In this document: piece by piece, positions 1 to 26,824 of the stretch
Position numbering within the stretch: the first letter of the stretch is position 1
Layout of the letters: each line of letters opens with the position of its first letter
NCBI RefSeq assembly: GCF_964204645.1
Contig: NC_134032.1
Span: 8,668,275 to 8,732,274, forward strand
DNA length: 64,000 nt
Direction of reading: 5' to 3'
DNA from: Tubulanus polymorphus
Lineage: Eukaryota > Animalia > Nemertea
Translations under genes and position numbers: made by a program
Notes under the pieces: model-generated
Seen by the model: only the letters and a program-made list of their open reading frames with translations
Told to the model about the DNA's origin: nothing
Database searches by the model: none

Positions 1-1088
1 ACGGGCAGACTCGCTCCGATGTACAGAAACGTGAATTTCAGTTTGTTTTCGACCGGTTTATCGCTAGCAAATCCCCGAGCGAAAACAGCGTGAAGCGAAC
101 AAATTAGTACACCTAAAACTACAGCGACCGTCATCGAAATACCTTGATAAAACAACAGAGCTCGCTTAGCCGTCTGACCGTCCCTGGATGATAACAGGAA
201 ACCGACTCTTATACAACACGCTTCTGATATACCCCAAATTATATTCAGGTTTATATAAATCACTTGCAACGAGACGCTTAGCGTTACGAGTTCGACCATA
301 CCAAAAGTACCGGTCAAAATTATACCGATTGTCAGAGATGTAGAAATAGACATTAGTGACACTACTGACCCGAGAGCCATACTAATGATCTCCCATAGAT
401 TCTTAAATATGTCCGCATTAACTCTGTATACAGCCATTGTATCTTTATTTACCAGAGAAGACGCAATAGCCATGGTAACCGTTCCGAGGACAAAAAATAC
501 AAGCAAAGAGATGGCCCCTAGCCTGGGCAAACGTAGGACGATGACTGTGACGTAACAGATAACTGCGCTGACAACGTTATTACATATCGCTACTGTAACG
601 ACTGGTATAACAATATTCTGAGACATTAGAAAACGCGTGAAAATGTCATTCGCGAGCACAAAAATGTTAGCGGGTGACATCACCATCAGTATCTTTCCAG
701 CCTCTGCGGCAACGGTTGCATTTTGGCCGAGCAGTACGAATATTCTATCAGCAGTAAAATTTAGCGGTAGCATAGCTAAACTGATAAAAACCAGTATCAG
801 CAACCCTCTCTGTAACAACAAGCGTAAATAACGATAGTTTTTGGCGCCGAAAGCTTGCGAGAATAATCCTTCTATACCCATCGCCATACCCATACCGAAA
901 GTGTATATGAGTCCGAGGAGCGTGTCTACCAGAGAAAAAGCGGCTTGCGAAATCAAATTCGATTGCGCAACTATCATACAACACGTTATATACGGTAAAT
1001 CGATTAAAACAGGAACGACTACAATCGGCCAAGACGCCACGAGAAAGAAACGCAATTCCTCGCCTAACCAATCCGGAAGCGCGTTCAT
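1..1088 (-). CDS. MATE (SLC47-like) multidrug/toxin efflux transporter, intronless, 3' end beyond the window edge
   Basis: Manual translation from ATG 1088 is open to position 1 (absent from the ORF track because it has no stop): MNALPDWLGEELRFFLVASWPIVV...GMGMAMGIEGLFSQAFGAKNYRYLRLLLQRGLLIL...LLGQNATVAAEAG...GISEACCIRVGFLL. SQAFGAKNY..LQRG and RVG..L are MATE motifs; many hydrophobic segments. Confidence 0.85.
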   Translation of the reverse strand, partial: MNALPDWLGEELRFFLVASWPIVVVPVLIDLPYITCCMIVAQSNLISQAAFSLVDTLLGLIYTFGMGMAMGIEGLFSQAFGAKNYRYLRLLLQRGLLILVFISLAMLPLNFTADRIFVLLGQNATVAAEAGKILMVMSPANIFVLANDIFTRFLMSQNIVIPVVTVAICNNVVSAVICYVTVIVLRLPRLGAISLLVFFVLGTVTMAIASSLVNKDTMAVYRVNADIFKNLWEIISMALGSVVSLMSISTSLTIGIILTGTFGMVELVTLSVSLQVIYINLNIIWGISEACCIRVGFLLSSRDGQTAKRALLFYQGISMTVAVVLGVLICSLHAVFARGFASDKPVENKLKFTFLYIGASLP

Positions 1089-2362
1089 TTTCGATTTGTA
1101 TCCTTTTGCCCCTTGTTTTCTTGTTGAATCGCTGTTTTGGAATTCGATATCCACATGTAGCCAACTACACTCTGCTTTCCTTCTGGTAGGCTATATACCT
1201 GAATTTGAGCCGTTTATATTCTGTGCACAGCAGTTAAGAGTATAAAACGTAATATATTTATGCTGATCTATTCAACGAAGAAAAAAGTCATATATGATAA
1301 AAAGAAACGTTTAATTGCAAATGCTGGAATTTTGTTATAAGCTGTTTTTCAATTGGCCGTTGAAATGAATACCGTTTATTACATGTAGGCGTCTACAGCC
1401 GCGTGTCACATTTTCCTGTCGTTTCTATATCAGTTCATTTCTACGGATATGTCTGTAGGCCTACCTCTGGACTGACTCAACTGGTTCTACAAACAACACC
1501 CACCCGGTGGCACATCTAGTGAGTGAATATTTATTTACCCGAATCAAAAAGTCTGAATGAAGCATCGGTTTTCACATCCATTGTGTTAATTGAAGAATTG
1601 GCCAAAAGTCTTCTTTGATTCAAGTTGACTAAAGAGACTAGAAAAGTGGCACCATTTTTTTTTGAATGTTTAACAATATGTTTGGCCTGGAAATCGAGGG
1701 GCGGTAGACTCAATTTCACATCTAGTCATATCAAAGACTGATTTGAGGTGTGTACTCCAAAAATGCGGAGGCCGGACGGATCCTTCTCCGCAGAATCCGG
1801 TCCCCATTCCCCACCGCCACTTGTTCGGCACCGTCGATGCAATCATCCGGTACAAGCGTCTATTCAATTTTTCTGTTTTCTCCCTTTTGTAAGGTGCCAG
1901 CGTTGTGTAACCATGCTTTGCTTGGCCTGCATGTTCCAACTGTGTGCGAAAAATGTATTTGTATTGTATTGTATCCAGCACTGGCACGTGAGTCTCGACA
2001 GCTGACACTACCGAATATCTCCTAGGCGTGAAAAATCAAATTAATCAGTAATAGAAACGATGCAAAAAGTCTTATTTGAGGTATTTGTTTTGAAAATTAA
2101 AACAAAAGTCGTATTTTCAAATAACGATGAAATTGGTCAATAGCGTAGTTACTAGATGACGTAAGCGCTAACAAACGAGCACCTGGCAAGCGAGTCTCCA
2201 CGACTGACGAAAATCGCCGGGGCGAAAAACTATCAATAGTCTGAAAGAATTTATTAAAAATTCAAGACAGAGCTTACGAAAAGCCGAAGATTTGAAAATT
2301 ATTCGGAGGCATCTTAATTGTAATTAGCTCCGAATTAACCCGGGATCGAAATTAATTAAAGA

Positions 2363-2402
2363 TGACGTCACCGCGCGAGCGGTCACGTGATTCCGCCATA
2401 TT
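2363..2402. promoter_or_regulatory. Housekeeping-type promoter cluster upstream of YTHDF exon 1, in the divergent MATE/YTHDF interval
   Basis: CRE TGACGTCA (2363-2370), E-box GTCACGTGA (2382-2390) and YY1-like CCGCCATATT (2393-2402) within 40 bp, ~190 bp before the ATG at 2588. Confidence 0.55.
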
Positions 2403-2587
2403 GTCGAGCTCGGTGAGGATTCTCGGTGAATTTTAGTGAATTTCGGACCCGATTTCGGACCTAAGGAGCCACGACAGACTACCGATAGCAACTGATTCGC
2501 ATTCAGACGTCGGCTAGGATTAATTACGGACAGATTTTGACTGTATAAACGGTGTGAATATTGGATTAAACGGCGTGTTTTAAAGTG

Positions 2588-15127
<12,540 letters not shown>

Positions 15128-18100
15128 CTCCGCACGCGTGCGCGGACGTACGTACGTCGAGCCGAGAGATCGCGCGAGTAACGAGCGTCATTTTAATCAG
15201 GAATGAATAAGAAAAAAACTACGCGCAACAATCTACGACTACACTACTACTAAACTACTATTATTGCTATTACTACTACTACTACTACTTATGTTACAAT
15301 GGTTAACGGGATCTGTGTTTATTAACGGAAAAACGTGCTGTAGTCGTATGCCCGCTCCGGCGGCCAGAGATTTTACGTCGTCGCTGTCACACACCGGGCG
15401 GGCGGTTTCGTTAGTTGTTGTTATTGTTGTTGCGTGCGTGTCATCGATGTCTCTCGGCTGCGGACGACAACGTCGACGACGGAAGAAAGATAATAATAAT
15501 GATAATATGTTATACGATTTACGATACGAAAAAAATATTCGACGAATAATAAAGAAAGAACTTCTCTCGGATCGGAAAAAGAGAATAATAATAATAATAA
15601 TGATTATAACGTTTATCTCACGTGAAATTGCGAAAACAATAAGAAGGACGACGGCAACCACTACGACGAGGGGCGTTCGGCAGGAAAACGAGCGAATTTA
15701 TATTTGGTCGCGTTGTTTTTCATCGACGCAACGAGTTCGCTTGCGTTTTCCTTTTAATCTATATATTTTTTGCCTTTTTTTTTAAAGGTCGAAACCTACG
15801 CGGCGACCGATTCCGAAAAATGTTACGACGAATTCTCGATGGAAAAAGAAATGTGATTTTTTTTTTGTTTTGTTTTTTTTACGCTGGCTCGGCAAAAAAT
15901 TTGTGATCTCCGATTGTTATTCGATGTGCGTGGATTTTTTTTTTTTTTTCGTAGTTTTTTCTCGTGCTCGGTTGTGTAAGTTCGTTTAGATTTGTCGCCG
16001 ATAGATGGCAGCACTTACGTGCGTATCCACAACGCCGCTGCAGTAAACGTGGCTGTAGCTCGAGGCACAACTGGGACCGGCTAACTCGGTGCGAGGTAAT
16101 GGAAGTCAGGAGTTAAGGGTAGGAAAAAATAAGTTATGTAGTCGTCAAGTTGGTTTTTACCGAGTTAGTCATAGGGTCCGAGTCGGCCGATGTTTACTGT
16201 ACCAGCGTAACAATGGAGTTGATCCCTGTCCCTTGATTGTTAGATATAATATCGATGATAATTAGTGTTCGGGATTTCTGATAGGGGGGGTGCGGTGGTT
16301 GGGGTTGCCTAATGATTTATAAAACGCCCCCGTCCGGGAAAAATCGGAAGAAATTTTTTTAAAATTGCTGGCGCCTCGGGAGGGGCACTAGAGACATTTT
16401 TTAAATGCGGAAAGAAAGGGTTTGTGGGGTACGTAAAAATGTGCTGGTAAAAATCTACATGTGTGGGGGGGGCGGACGGGAGGAAGAGGGTCTGTTCGTG
16501 TCTCTGTGATTTTAAAATTGGTGAAGCCACAGCAACCACCAGGGGGAGCCATGTGTCTGCTCCTCGTACTGGATTATTATTATTATGAAAATTGTGACGT
16601 CATAAGAACAGTGAAAGAAGCAACGTTATTGTAAAATTATGATTATTATTTGAGTCCAATAAAAATTTGCTTTCAAAAATAGCGTGGGATAAAAGAGTGT
16701 TTAAGTCTTGTGTTTTGATTTTGTTGTTGAAAAGCGAAGGTCCCCGGTACGAATGTCCCAGCCTACTGCTGCGGATTCTGTATCTTAGGATAATGCGGCA
16801 TCCCGCTTCCAAACGCTGTATTTCGACTTCGATGCTGGCTAGAGGATAAACAAGGATGTCCCAGTTATAAACGCTCCGTGCACTGGTACTGATTGTTCAC
16901 AGGGGCGGATCCGGGGTCCTATCTCGAGGGGGTTCATGCGGGAAGGCACTTTCTGTGTTAAATCATGGTAAACAAGGGCACTGAACTTAACATCAAATTT
17001 GTGGTTTTTGAGGGGCACTAACTACGCCGATTAAAGCCCCTTACATGTCTAATTCACGGATTAAGGAGAATCTGGGGCACAGACAAAGCTCGACTGTATT
17101 CTATATTTTGGTGGTGATTCTGATCATTTGGTTGCTGAAAGAGGACCTATAGGATTGGACTAGATTAGAATCTGATGTGTCGAGTTCAATAGACGCTGAT
17201 GCTAAATAGACGATATCAGCCGCGTCCACTAGCGCCAAGTCTATCGAATCAGGGAAGTGTAATCAGATGCCCTGTTTGAATACAGTCCCACCTGAAACGA
17301 ATACGAATATTTTTTACACTCCAACCATTCCCATGGTATATGGAGGAAAATAACAGTATTTACATTTATTTACAAAAACAGTAGATAAAAGCACTTAGAA
17401 ACATAACAAACATTATTTTACAACGTGCTATGTACACACACTACCGGAGGGACCTATATACATCTAGACCTAATATGATAAATTTAGCAAGTTTAAAAGT
17501 TGGATTTTTTAGAACATCAAGATTCCGAAAGGTATTTGAATTTAGGTAGCTTTCACGGAATACGATAAGTAATTCACAGTCAAAAATGAAATGTAGTTCG
17601 TCTGAAATTCCTATGACATGATCGCCATCTATTGGAATATTGCCGAACTATCAAATTTTTAGATTTGACAACTAAAACGTATCCATAATTCGCATTTAAC
17701 AACCGCCACCTATCGTATTTATTTAGAACTTGCAAATGATAGCGGCGGCAAATCGATCCGTTTCTGGGATTTTGCACGCTTAAAGCAAGACCAAGGAATT
17801 TTTACGGGAGGGACCAACATTAGTTAGTTACCTAATCGTTGGTGGTAAGCTTTTTATAATCGGATGGGCACCATGTGGTTTGTGAAAATATCCGATCGTG
17901 AAACTAAACCACAGACAGGTTACTGACTAGACAAAGATATGAAGTGCAGCCTTTTGCGTGGTAAGGGCTACCCCGGCGACGCATACGCGCCCGAAGTCTG
18001 TGGGTCCTCCTAACTAGATTCAGTTTCTTGTCAGATTAACTAGTTTCTCGTTAGGCGCATATGCGTACGAGCAACCCTCCCCTTCGCAGCATAATCCCGA

Positions 18101-19380
18101 GTTCTGCTATGTTTATACACTAAATACTTTCTTTTTGATTTTGATCACGAATCATGAGCCAAAATCATTGTCCATTTCTATTCGTCGAAATTTGGGGGCA
18201 AAATGGCCCCTTGGTACTTTGTATCCGCCCTTGGATCTACGTTGAACTGGTGCAGTGTCTACGTTGAACTAGTGCAGTGGCTAAACAATTACATGCCTCC
18301 GAACATGCCGAGAAACGACTGCATCTGTGTCACAGAAATCCCAACTAATATGAGAAGTGATTATACATAGCCTGACTAACTAAACAAGTAATTCTAATAC
18401 GTAATAGATAGATTTATTCAAAATATTGGAAATCTTTTTAATTTTCGGGATGCCTTCATCTCATTGGCTTAACACAAAGACTGGTGGCCGCTGAGCGGCT
18501 ACCCTTTCGCCCAAGAAATCTTGGCCGGTGTAGGCCAAGGTAGGGTCTGCGTCCAGGCTTTGTGCTGTGGTGCGAGCTTCGTTGGAGGAGGGCAATCAAA
18601 CGCTGGTAAGCGAGGATGGAAATCTATGAAAAGATCATGCGTATATGGGTTTTATACGCACGATCTACAGTCATGAAACCAATTCATCCGCAAAAAATAA
18701 TCTAATCGTTAGATTTTGGATGTTAAAAAATACACAATTTGTAGAAGATTCACTTTAGAGCTTTCGACACAATTCTAATTCTATTGACTGATTAATAGTT
18801 CAGATTCTGAGGTATCCCAGCTTCTGCACACCGACGGCAAATGATACTCCGAAGATATGAAGGACGTGTTCTTGCTCGACTCTTCAAGAAAGGCGAATTT
18901 AAAACAACCATGGCAACTCCGAAGAGAAGGTATTCACAGAAATGGGGGTCTCCCCATGTTCTGGAAAATTCACTACGTATGCATGCGCATGCCTGGGTTA
19001 ACACCCTTTCGTTACGTGGTGCACAGTCACCGATGCCCTGCATTTTCATAGGGAATTGTCATGACACCCATGCGCCATCTTACGGTATCTTTATACCAGG
19101 GTTAGGAAAATCACCAAAAATTTCGATTTCTAGCTCAGTACAGTGAGTGAGTATAAGGCCAGTACCGAAAGGGTTGATCATACGATCCATGGATTTTCTC
19201 TAAAAGAATCAATTTTCAACGTTCACAATATAGGATTTATTGTGTTGTGATAGTTTAATTCGCTGAAAATCGCTGAGAGAGCGCATAAACTCACAGCACC
19301 AGAATCAATCAATATCATTAGACCGGGTTCGGACCTGGGTCACTCCTGGTTATTTAGGCATGAAGAAACCGGTTACAGTC

Positions 19381-19610
19381 ATCGTCGCTTGTCTATATTT
19401 CAAGCCAATCGGATGCGCGTGGCAAAGCTGCCAGTGAAAAACGACGTGTCTGATTGGCTGAATACGTAGACTGTCGGCCGCGTTCACCGGCAACCTGTCC
19501 CCCCAAGAAATCGTGGGCAATGTAATGAACCAACGAAGGGTTTGCGGCCTAGGTTTGTGTTGGGCGTGGAAGGTTCGGCGGGCAGCAATCAAATCCTGAC
19601 AAGCGAGGAT
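19381..19610. mobile_element. MITE family with ATCCTCGCTTGCCA-type TIR; full copy at ~62127-62316, ends at ~9414, ~18618, ~60971
   Basis: ATCGTCGCTTGTC...GACAAGCGAGGAT termini and shared internal CTGATTGGCT / GGCAACCTG / GGCAATCAAA blocks. Confidence 0.65.
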
Positions 19611-21568
19611 AGTTACAATCATCCAATGCACGATCTAGAATTCATTAAATCTATCAATGATAGCTGAAAGCAATTTCTTAATGAATATTTCATCTTTTTC
19701 TTCGGAATATCTTCGGCACATTATTTCCGTTTGCATAGGCCTATAGTCCCTTTCATCAGACCCTCGACTGCCAGAAGTAGATTCTCTCTATTGCCAGAGG
19801 CAAATTCTCTCTTATTTGCCACACGGTAAAACTCTCAGTTCGACTTCATATCATACCAGTAACCTGATTCGGATTGGTGGGGAGGGGCTGACATTCATTC
19901 AATTATTCACTAAAAAAGTATGATACAAAAATACAGTCATCTAGGAGAAAAAGTGTGACTTTCTCAATTCTATGTACCAGGAGCGGCGCAACTTGTTTTG
20001 AATAAAAGGAGGACCCAGAATTTGTCCTCACATGGAACCTGTGCACAGAATAAGCCATTTAAGGCAATTATAGATAATTAATTGATTATGAAAATTTTGT
20101 TGAGACTAGCGGGGGCGCCGCTCTGATGCGCAAATCTAAATAAATGAATTCTCAACAACGTTCGATTGTATAATTTCAGTCAGTATATCGTTTTTCAACT
20201 TACTTACGTCAGAAACGGATTTCGATTGATTCTAATGTAAGACGCATTTTATTTGACACGTAGTTCTATCGACTCAGAGTAGAACAGATGCGAATTGAGC
20301 ATCGAATTCAAAAATGCGGAAAATTCGAATCAATACCTATTGAAATAGGTATTAATAACGGCCGGTTGAATTGTCGATCGGATTTCTCGGACGCCATATG
20401 TTTGTTGGTATGTGTGTCCATTACGCATGTTCCATCCCGCAACACCAGAAGTCTGTTGATTTGGTTTGAGAAATTGCCGAAACTACCAAGGTGTAAGTTA
20501 TAAGCTCTTCATTTTTTTTTCTTTTATCACCAGCTGATATTCGTGTTGTCTCACAGAAACGTTTTGAATCGGATATCAGATGTTATTTAGGTATAGGGCT
20601 AAAAAGATGATACCTTGTTTCTCCTAATCGGCCGGGTCATTTCGTAAAATGCAATAACATTTGTAATCAGTTCATTTATATAGGTGCCGAGTCTGTTGTG
20701 GTTAGCTTAATTATGGTTTAAAAATGTTACGTATGTACAGTGTAGAGGTGACCGGTCGGGTTAACTTTATAGCTCAGAGCAGAAATAAGAAACAATGTAT
20801 CATTTTTTAGCCTTAATTTGCAGCCTGGGACCAACTCCTCTCTCTTCATTAAAGTGTGAAGTTTGGTCAACAATTCTGACAAATGTCTCATGTCTGGTGT
20901 TTGAGGTTCATTTGCAGTTAAAGGTCCCGTTGAACACGTGTGAGGCGTGGGTGATCACATTTTGAAAGTGCGATTCTGGTGAATTGTCAAATGTCTGGTG
21001 TTTGTAGTAGGCCTATATTTGAAACGGAAAAATGACTCCTTTTTGAAAACCTTGTGAAGCTCTGAAAGTGCGCTCCAGATAAATTGCCCAATGGCGCGGC
21101 AATGAGCAAGAAAACTAACTTGAAAGTTTTTTTGATGCCTTGAAAAATAACACACATATTGCTAAATACGGTCGACCTTAAAAAATGATGATATTAACTA
21201 TATTCACATGTAATACCGTGGTTCATTTAAGTTGCTTTAGATTTGAATATATCAATGATTGAATGGAATTGACCGGCAACCAGTCTAACCCCGATATATC
21301 GATGACGTAGCACACATCCTCTCGAATCCAAATTTATCAAAAACAAAATAAGAGTTATGAAATATATTTAGTTGTTCTAAAATCCTTCTCTAAATATTTT
21401 ATTTCAAGGTTTTTTTAAACGTAAAAATAAACACCTGCCTCGTTCATCACTTTTTAGAAACCAATGTGATCAAAAACACGGTCATCAATTTTGAATGGCC
21501 TCAAGGAACAGTATTTCAAAGTTAAACTAACTAAAACATCGATTATCTTTTAGATTATAGATTTGAAG

Positions 21569-24500
21569 ATGAATCTCGTGAAAATCGTCTGCGTGTTGCT
21601 TTTGTCTGCGTTGTTCCTCACAGGTAAAAAAAAAAGGTTTTGAAAAACAGCTTTGAATATCTCACGTTGCGACTCATTCGCATTCGAGAGAGCCCCATGT
21701 GGCGATGACGTAATTGTCCATACGCGCTACAGAGTAAGTTCAAACTACGAGCAAACATGTCAAATGATTGCCCGTAGGTCCAAACGAAACTTGTATTAGG
21801 AAAGTTATATTCATTCAATAATTTATGAGTAACAGCAGCTATAGGTTTAGAGCAAAATTCATAGTTCCTGGTATCGTTGATAAACTCAGTTTGAACCGAA
21901 CTAATTCAGCCGTGAAAACCATTCAGTTTTGGGTCGCAAGTTCTTCATAAATCATTGCTTTAATATCAGATCAGCATATGGTTTTCACATTAGTTTCAGT
22001 TGCTACCAGGGACTATAATCACTGAATTAATAAAGTTAAACAGTTGCTGTTATCATAAAAGGGAATTCATATAGTTGGTGCTCGCGCGACGTGGCAGTAC
22101 TGCGACGTGGCAGTTTCGTGGCAGTTTCCGAGTGCCTATATAAGGGAGGTCCCTGAAACAGAGACACACAGAAAGAGAGGGACAGAGACCGAGAGAAACA
22201 CCGGAACCTGGAGCAGCCATAAGTAGTATAAAAATAAAAAGCATATATCAACTGGAGAATAGTCTTCCAACTTTCATTTACTATCACTTGCAACAAGTGG
22301 AATCCTTGATTGCCGCAGCAGTTTGAGTTCAATTCAAAAAGCAATTCAAAAAGTTTTGAATTCTTGCGCGAGAAAGTAAAGTCCCTCCTCTGAATTCTTC
22401 CACAGGTCACGTGAAAGGACGACGTGGAAAAAAAGCCAACGTGGCCACGGGTAAGTTTGGGATCCCGATAGCTAGCCGCGTAAATTTTCGAATAAATTCC
22501 AAAAATTTAATAATCGTTTTCTACTTTGTTTTCTTTTTAAATTCAGATCAGAGGTTATTTTCCCCACCAGGTAGGTCCCGAATCGACATCGTGGTGCCAG
22601 TGATTTGTCGGAGTGACCTGTCGATCTTAGAGCTAGAAGCGGTATGAGTGTTATGAAATGAGTCATCTTGTTGCTTATGGACGCAACAAAGAGACGTCGT
22701 GTGTGTGCGTTTGTGTGCGTGCGTGCGTGTGTTTTGGCTGCGTGCGTGCGTGTGTGGAAAAGCCCTTCGGGTATTGCTTGGAAATCCCTCTAGAAGGGTT
22801 TTCCCAGTGACATCATTATCAAGAACGTTTTACCATGTACCTGTGCCTTATAGCGGATGAATCCCTATCCAAACCAAGACATTTCAGCTAATCCTTATCT
22901 ATTCATCGTAGAAACATTGTGTACCGAAGATTACTGCAAGAACGACGGTCTATGCGAATTCGACAGCGAAGACACGCGTCGCGCTACCTGCCAGTGCCAG
23001 GATGGTTTCAGCGGTGTTCGCTGCGAAATCGGTAAGCGGCCAGATTTTCTGATCGGTCAATCGTGTGTCGCGTGCCTATTCGAAATCCAACCCGTTAAAA
23101 ACTATAGAGTGGAATATATTAGCTTTATATTTGTTTTTTTTTTGTTTTGTTTTCGTATTACAGATCTGGCGCAGTGGTCTAACAAAGGTTAGTTACACAA
23201 TACCTACCTTCCATGACCAGGTTCCACAGTCCTGTATTCACTCAATTTCTTCACTCAATTGGCGGAGTTACAACTAGAAGTACAGTCAAAATCCGTTATG
23301 AATTATCCTTTATAACGGATTTTGTAATCAAATGTTTTTCCTATCCTATCAAACATCACATGTATCACATGAAATACTTTCTTGCTCAAAGTTTTCCCTG
23401 AAAAAAATACTATATGAAATGTAAAACATTCATTATGGTAGATAACAAGTAGGTTGCTATGGAGACGGATTGTTGCATGTGACCCCCTATATCAGATAAA
23501 TTGTTGCACTATCCTGAAACTAGAGATGATAGGCTTTCAAATTATGCCAGTCGCTATCTAATAATACTCAGTCATACGGAATTCCATATTTTGCGGGGTC
23601 GTGTTCCTGACTATAACGCTATTGCCCGCTTAACGCCAACATTGATTTTGCAGAGAACAAAATTAGTTTGCCCAACCTTACTCAAATTAATGAAAGTACC
23701 ATTGCCACTGATAGCTTTACCGTGAAATTTGCCCCGGCGATTATACAACGAGCAATCTGATTGGTGCCGTACGTTTTCGTGCGGCCACCCTGCGCATGTA
23801 TCCGCGCAGCTGGTATAGTGTGGAAGGGGTTCGTGCCGTGGCTGAGTCTAGCTACGACATTAGGTTCGAATCCCAGCCAAGGGAGGATATGACAGGTCAC
23901 GACGGCCATTTTTGTTCCGCTTGCAATTTAACCGATTTACAACCTGAGACTAGGGACCAGTTGTATATTCATAGCTTTGATTTAGCACCAGTTTAAGCCA
24001 TCTCAGTTCTTAAGTTAGTCTAACGTAACAAGTTAAGACCTGTCATAAGACTGTCACGACTGGGTCGTCATGGCATTAATATTAGATCAGCCTAAGACTA
24101 TCAGTGCATGTTCTAACGGTTTAAGCCTTTGTCTTTGACGAGTCAATCTCTAAGTCCAGTGTTGTAAGTTTAGACCGCTTTTGGGACTATGACTCGTGTA
24201 AATGCTCTCACGGCAGTTGTTTTTAGGTTTATGATCGTTGTATTACAGAATGTGCTACTGGTTGGATTGTCACGGGTAACGTACGCACTTGTATCGGAAA
24301 GGTACCCATGACGAGAGCTGCGGCGCGTGATGAATGTGAAAAGCAGGGATTGACGTTTTTCGGGTACGATCTCCAATCAACCGAAAAAGATATCATCAAT
24401 GAATTTACGCGTAAGTAAAATACCTCTAGCCACCATTCACGAGCTATGTATCATTAAATTTCCCGATGTTCCTTTCTCGAAAAACGAGCCTCTCAATGCT

Positions 24501-26211
24501 CCCCTTTCAAAACGCCATATGAAAATAAAAGCGAACATTTGTAATTTTTTTTCACTGCTACATCATCTTTGACATCACACACAGATACACGACGGAGTAC
24601 AATGGCGTTCTATATTGGATAAATTTGTCGGGTCCGTTCTGTAAATAGCGTCACTTGCAAAAATGGAGGCGTCAGTTGTGAGTGTAGGCAGTAAAAAGAC
24701 AATATTCAGGCTAAAAAATGATACCTTGTGTCTCCAGTCTGCCCGGCCGTCCGCCTATCGACCTTGTACATTACTTTTTCATAAACATGATCAGCCTAAC
24801 CATAACAGATCCGGCAGCCATAGAAATGAACTGATTACAAATTCTATTGGAATTTAGAAAATGCTTTATTAGAAACAAGTAATCATTTTTAGCCTCATAA
24901 TCTAAAACGATCTTCAAAAAAGCAACTTTTCAAATCCCCTCTCCGATCCGAGAAAATAGCTACGAATTCAATGTTTTAAGAAAAACATTATGAAAAAGAT
25001 TTTTGACCACCTCTGCAATTATTTCAAGTCCATCAAATCCGTAATCCAACTTATAATTAAAGAATGGCCTGATGGGTAGTGTGCTGATGATATCATAGGG
25101 AATATATGGAGGCAGGCAGCCGTTTGCACCCTACTGCAATAAATAGCCTAAGAATTCAACATTCAAACTGGGATCATCATAACTTACGTGATTTAGTCTG
25201 GTAATCTAGGTTTTTCATATTTTATCAGGTGAAGCATATGACCGAACATACGGGATGTTTAGTGTTCAAAGGAACAAGAGATCGAAAAGTCCGGTATAGT
25301 ATGATATAAATGTGTGGAACCTATAATAGTGGCTGATAAGGGCCATCGCGAAAAATTTCTCGTATGCAAAACAGGGCACCAGAACGCCAGAACGCCAAAA
25401 CGAAAAAAAATGTCTAATTTTCTCTGAAAGTCCGTTTTGGCGCGCCAAAACAAAGAAAATTCCATTTTGGCGCCCCCGCCAAAACAAACATTCAACCACA
25501 GTGAAATTATTTTTCAATTTTGCGCGTTGACCCTGAGTTTAATTTGCATAAATTTGCATGAATTATTTTACGTGGTTGAAAGTTCGTTTTGGCGGGGACG
25601 CCAAAACGAAAGTTTGTTTTGGCGTGGGTGCCAAAACGGAATATTCTTTGTTTTGGCGTGCCAAAACGGATTTTTAGAGAAATTTCGACGTTTTTCGTTG
25701 TTTTGGCGGGGGCGCCAAAGCGAAAGTATCACCAATTTGTATAACCTCGAAAATCCACGACCAGGGGTGATGCTCAAAAGTTACTTAGATATCCAGTTCC
25801 ACAGTTCTGAGTTAAGATTTGACTCAGAGTTAACTCATTGAAAGTAAATTTATTTTATCTCAAAGTTAACTCAAACTCACAGAACTGTGGAACTGAGCCA
25901 AGGATAGTTGGTACATTGACTGTCTTTTATTAGATACTTTGTATTTATCCGACGGTCATCTTTTGCGAACATTTGAACAACTGGCAACAAAATTTCTCAT
26001 TGTCTACTTCTAAAAAATTGAAGGAGTTTTAAACGAGTTTTGGGAATTTTGCACATATTCAAGGAGTTTCAAACACCTCTTAAATCATTTTCCGTTTAGA
26101 AATTATTTCTAAGCAATCAAGGACTAGTTGGTTAATAATAATGATAATGATAATAACAATAACAATAACAATAACAATAACAATAACAATAACAATAACA
26201 ATAACAATAAC

Positions 26212-26281
<70 letters not shown>

Positions 26282-26824
26282 TGCCAGCGTACAGTAGGTC
26301 AGTAGTAACTTATTGTGGCAATAACGAGTTCCCCTTGTGGCAAATGAGGGTCAATCAGGTACCCCACCCATTAGCATGGCTGCCAATTTCTGAGAAGTGG
26401 AATCAGTAACAAATCAAAAAATTTTCCAGTTACATTTGTTAATCACTGAAATATGAAAGAAAATGTTCGAATTAATCAGTAATCCACATCTTTCGTGTTC
26501 CAGTATGCATCAAACAAATCGAATCAACATTTCTCGTTACAGAATAGTAACAAATACTGAAAATCAGGAACAGTCCGCAGCTCTGCGTTATTAGATTTTC
26601 TGACAGCTGGAGTGCCCCGTTCTAAATGATCTAATTCTGCAGGAATCAAATAAAATATTGCGTCTGAAATCGGGAAAGTTGTCAAAACGGTTAGGTCAGA
26701 TGTTTCTTCTTTTTGTTTCTAGAAAAAATGCTGGGTTTTAGACATATCCAGCGGCAAGCCTAAACCTAGACAGGAATTGTGTACAGTAGTTAACAGCTAC
26801 GCATGCTCAGAAGTCAAAGCGTAA
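21569..26824 (+). CDS. Small secreted protein: signal peptide + EGF domain + divergent C-type lectin domain (~229 codons; possible premature stop)
   Basis: Predicted exons 21569-21623 (MNLVKIVCVLLLSALFLT), 22406-22450, 22547-22570, 22912-23031 (EGF: CTEDYCKNDGLC...CQCQDGFSGVRCE), 23164-23187, 24249-24410 (CATGW...C...AAARDECEKQG), 24585-24677 (FYIG*), 25229-25293, 26723-26824 (CWVLD...ELCTVVNSYAC). GT-AG introns with consistent phases; the small exons are less certain. Confidence 0.7.
23711..23892 (+). repeat. Dispersed repeat with a B-box-like GGTTCGAATCC; inverted copy ~45040-45215, partial copies ~45285-45365 and ~57935-58045
   Basis: Clear similarity between copies (AACGAGCAATCTGATTGGTGCC, TAGTGTGG.AGGG, GTGGCTGAGT). 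Class (SINE vs MITE) unresolved. Confidence 0.65.
26133..26280. repeat. (AACAAT)n/(AAT)n microsatellite
   Basis: Direct reading. Confidence 0.98.

Noticed and set aside
637-1245. Track ORFs 637-831, 748-1164 and 841-1245
   Set aside because: Alternative frames or antisense of the MATE CDS.
23806-23890. tRNA gene (GGTTCGAATCC; also ~11640-11700)
   Set aside because: No convincing cloverleaf; part of a dispersed repeat.
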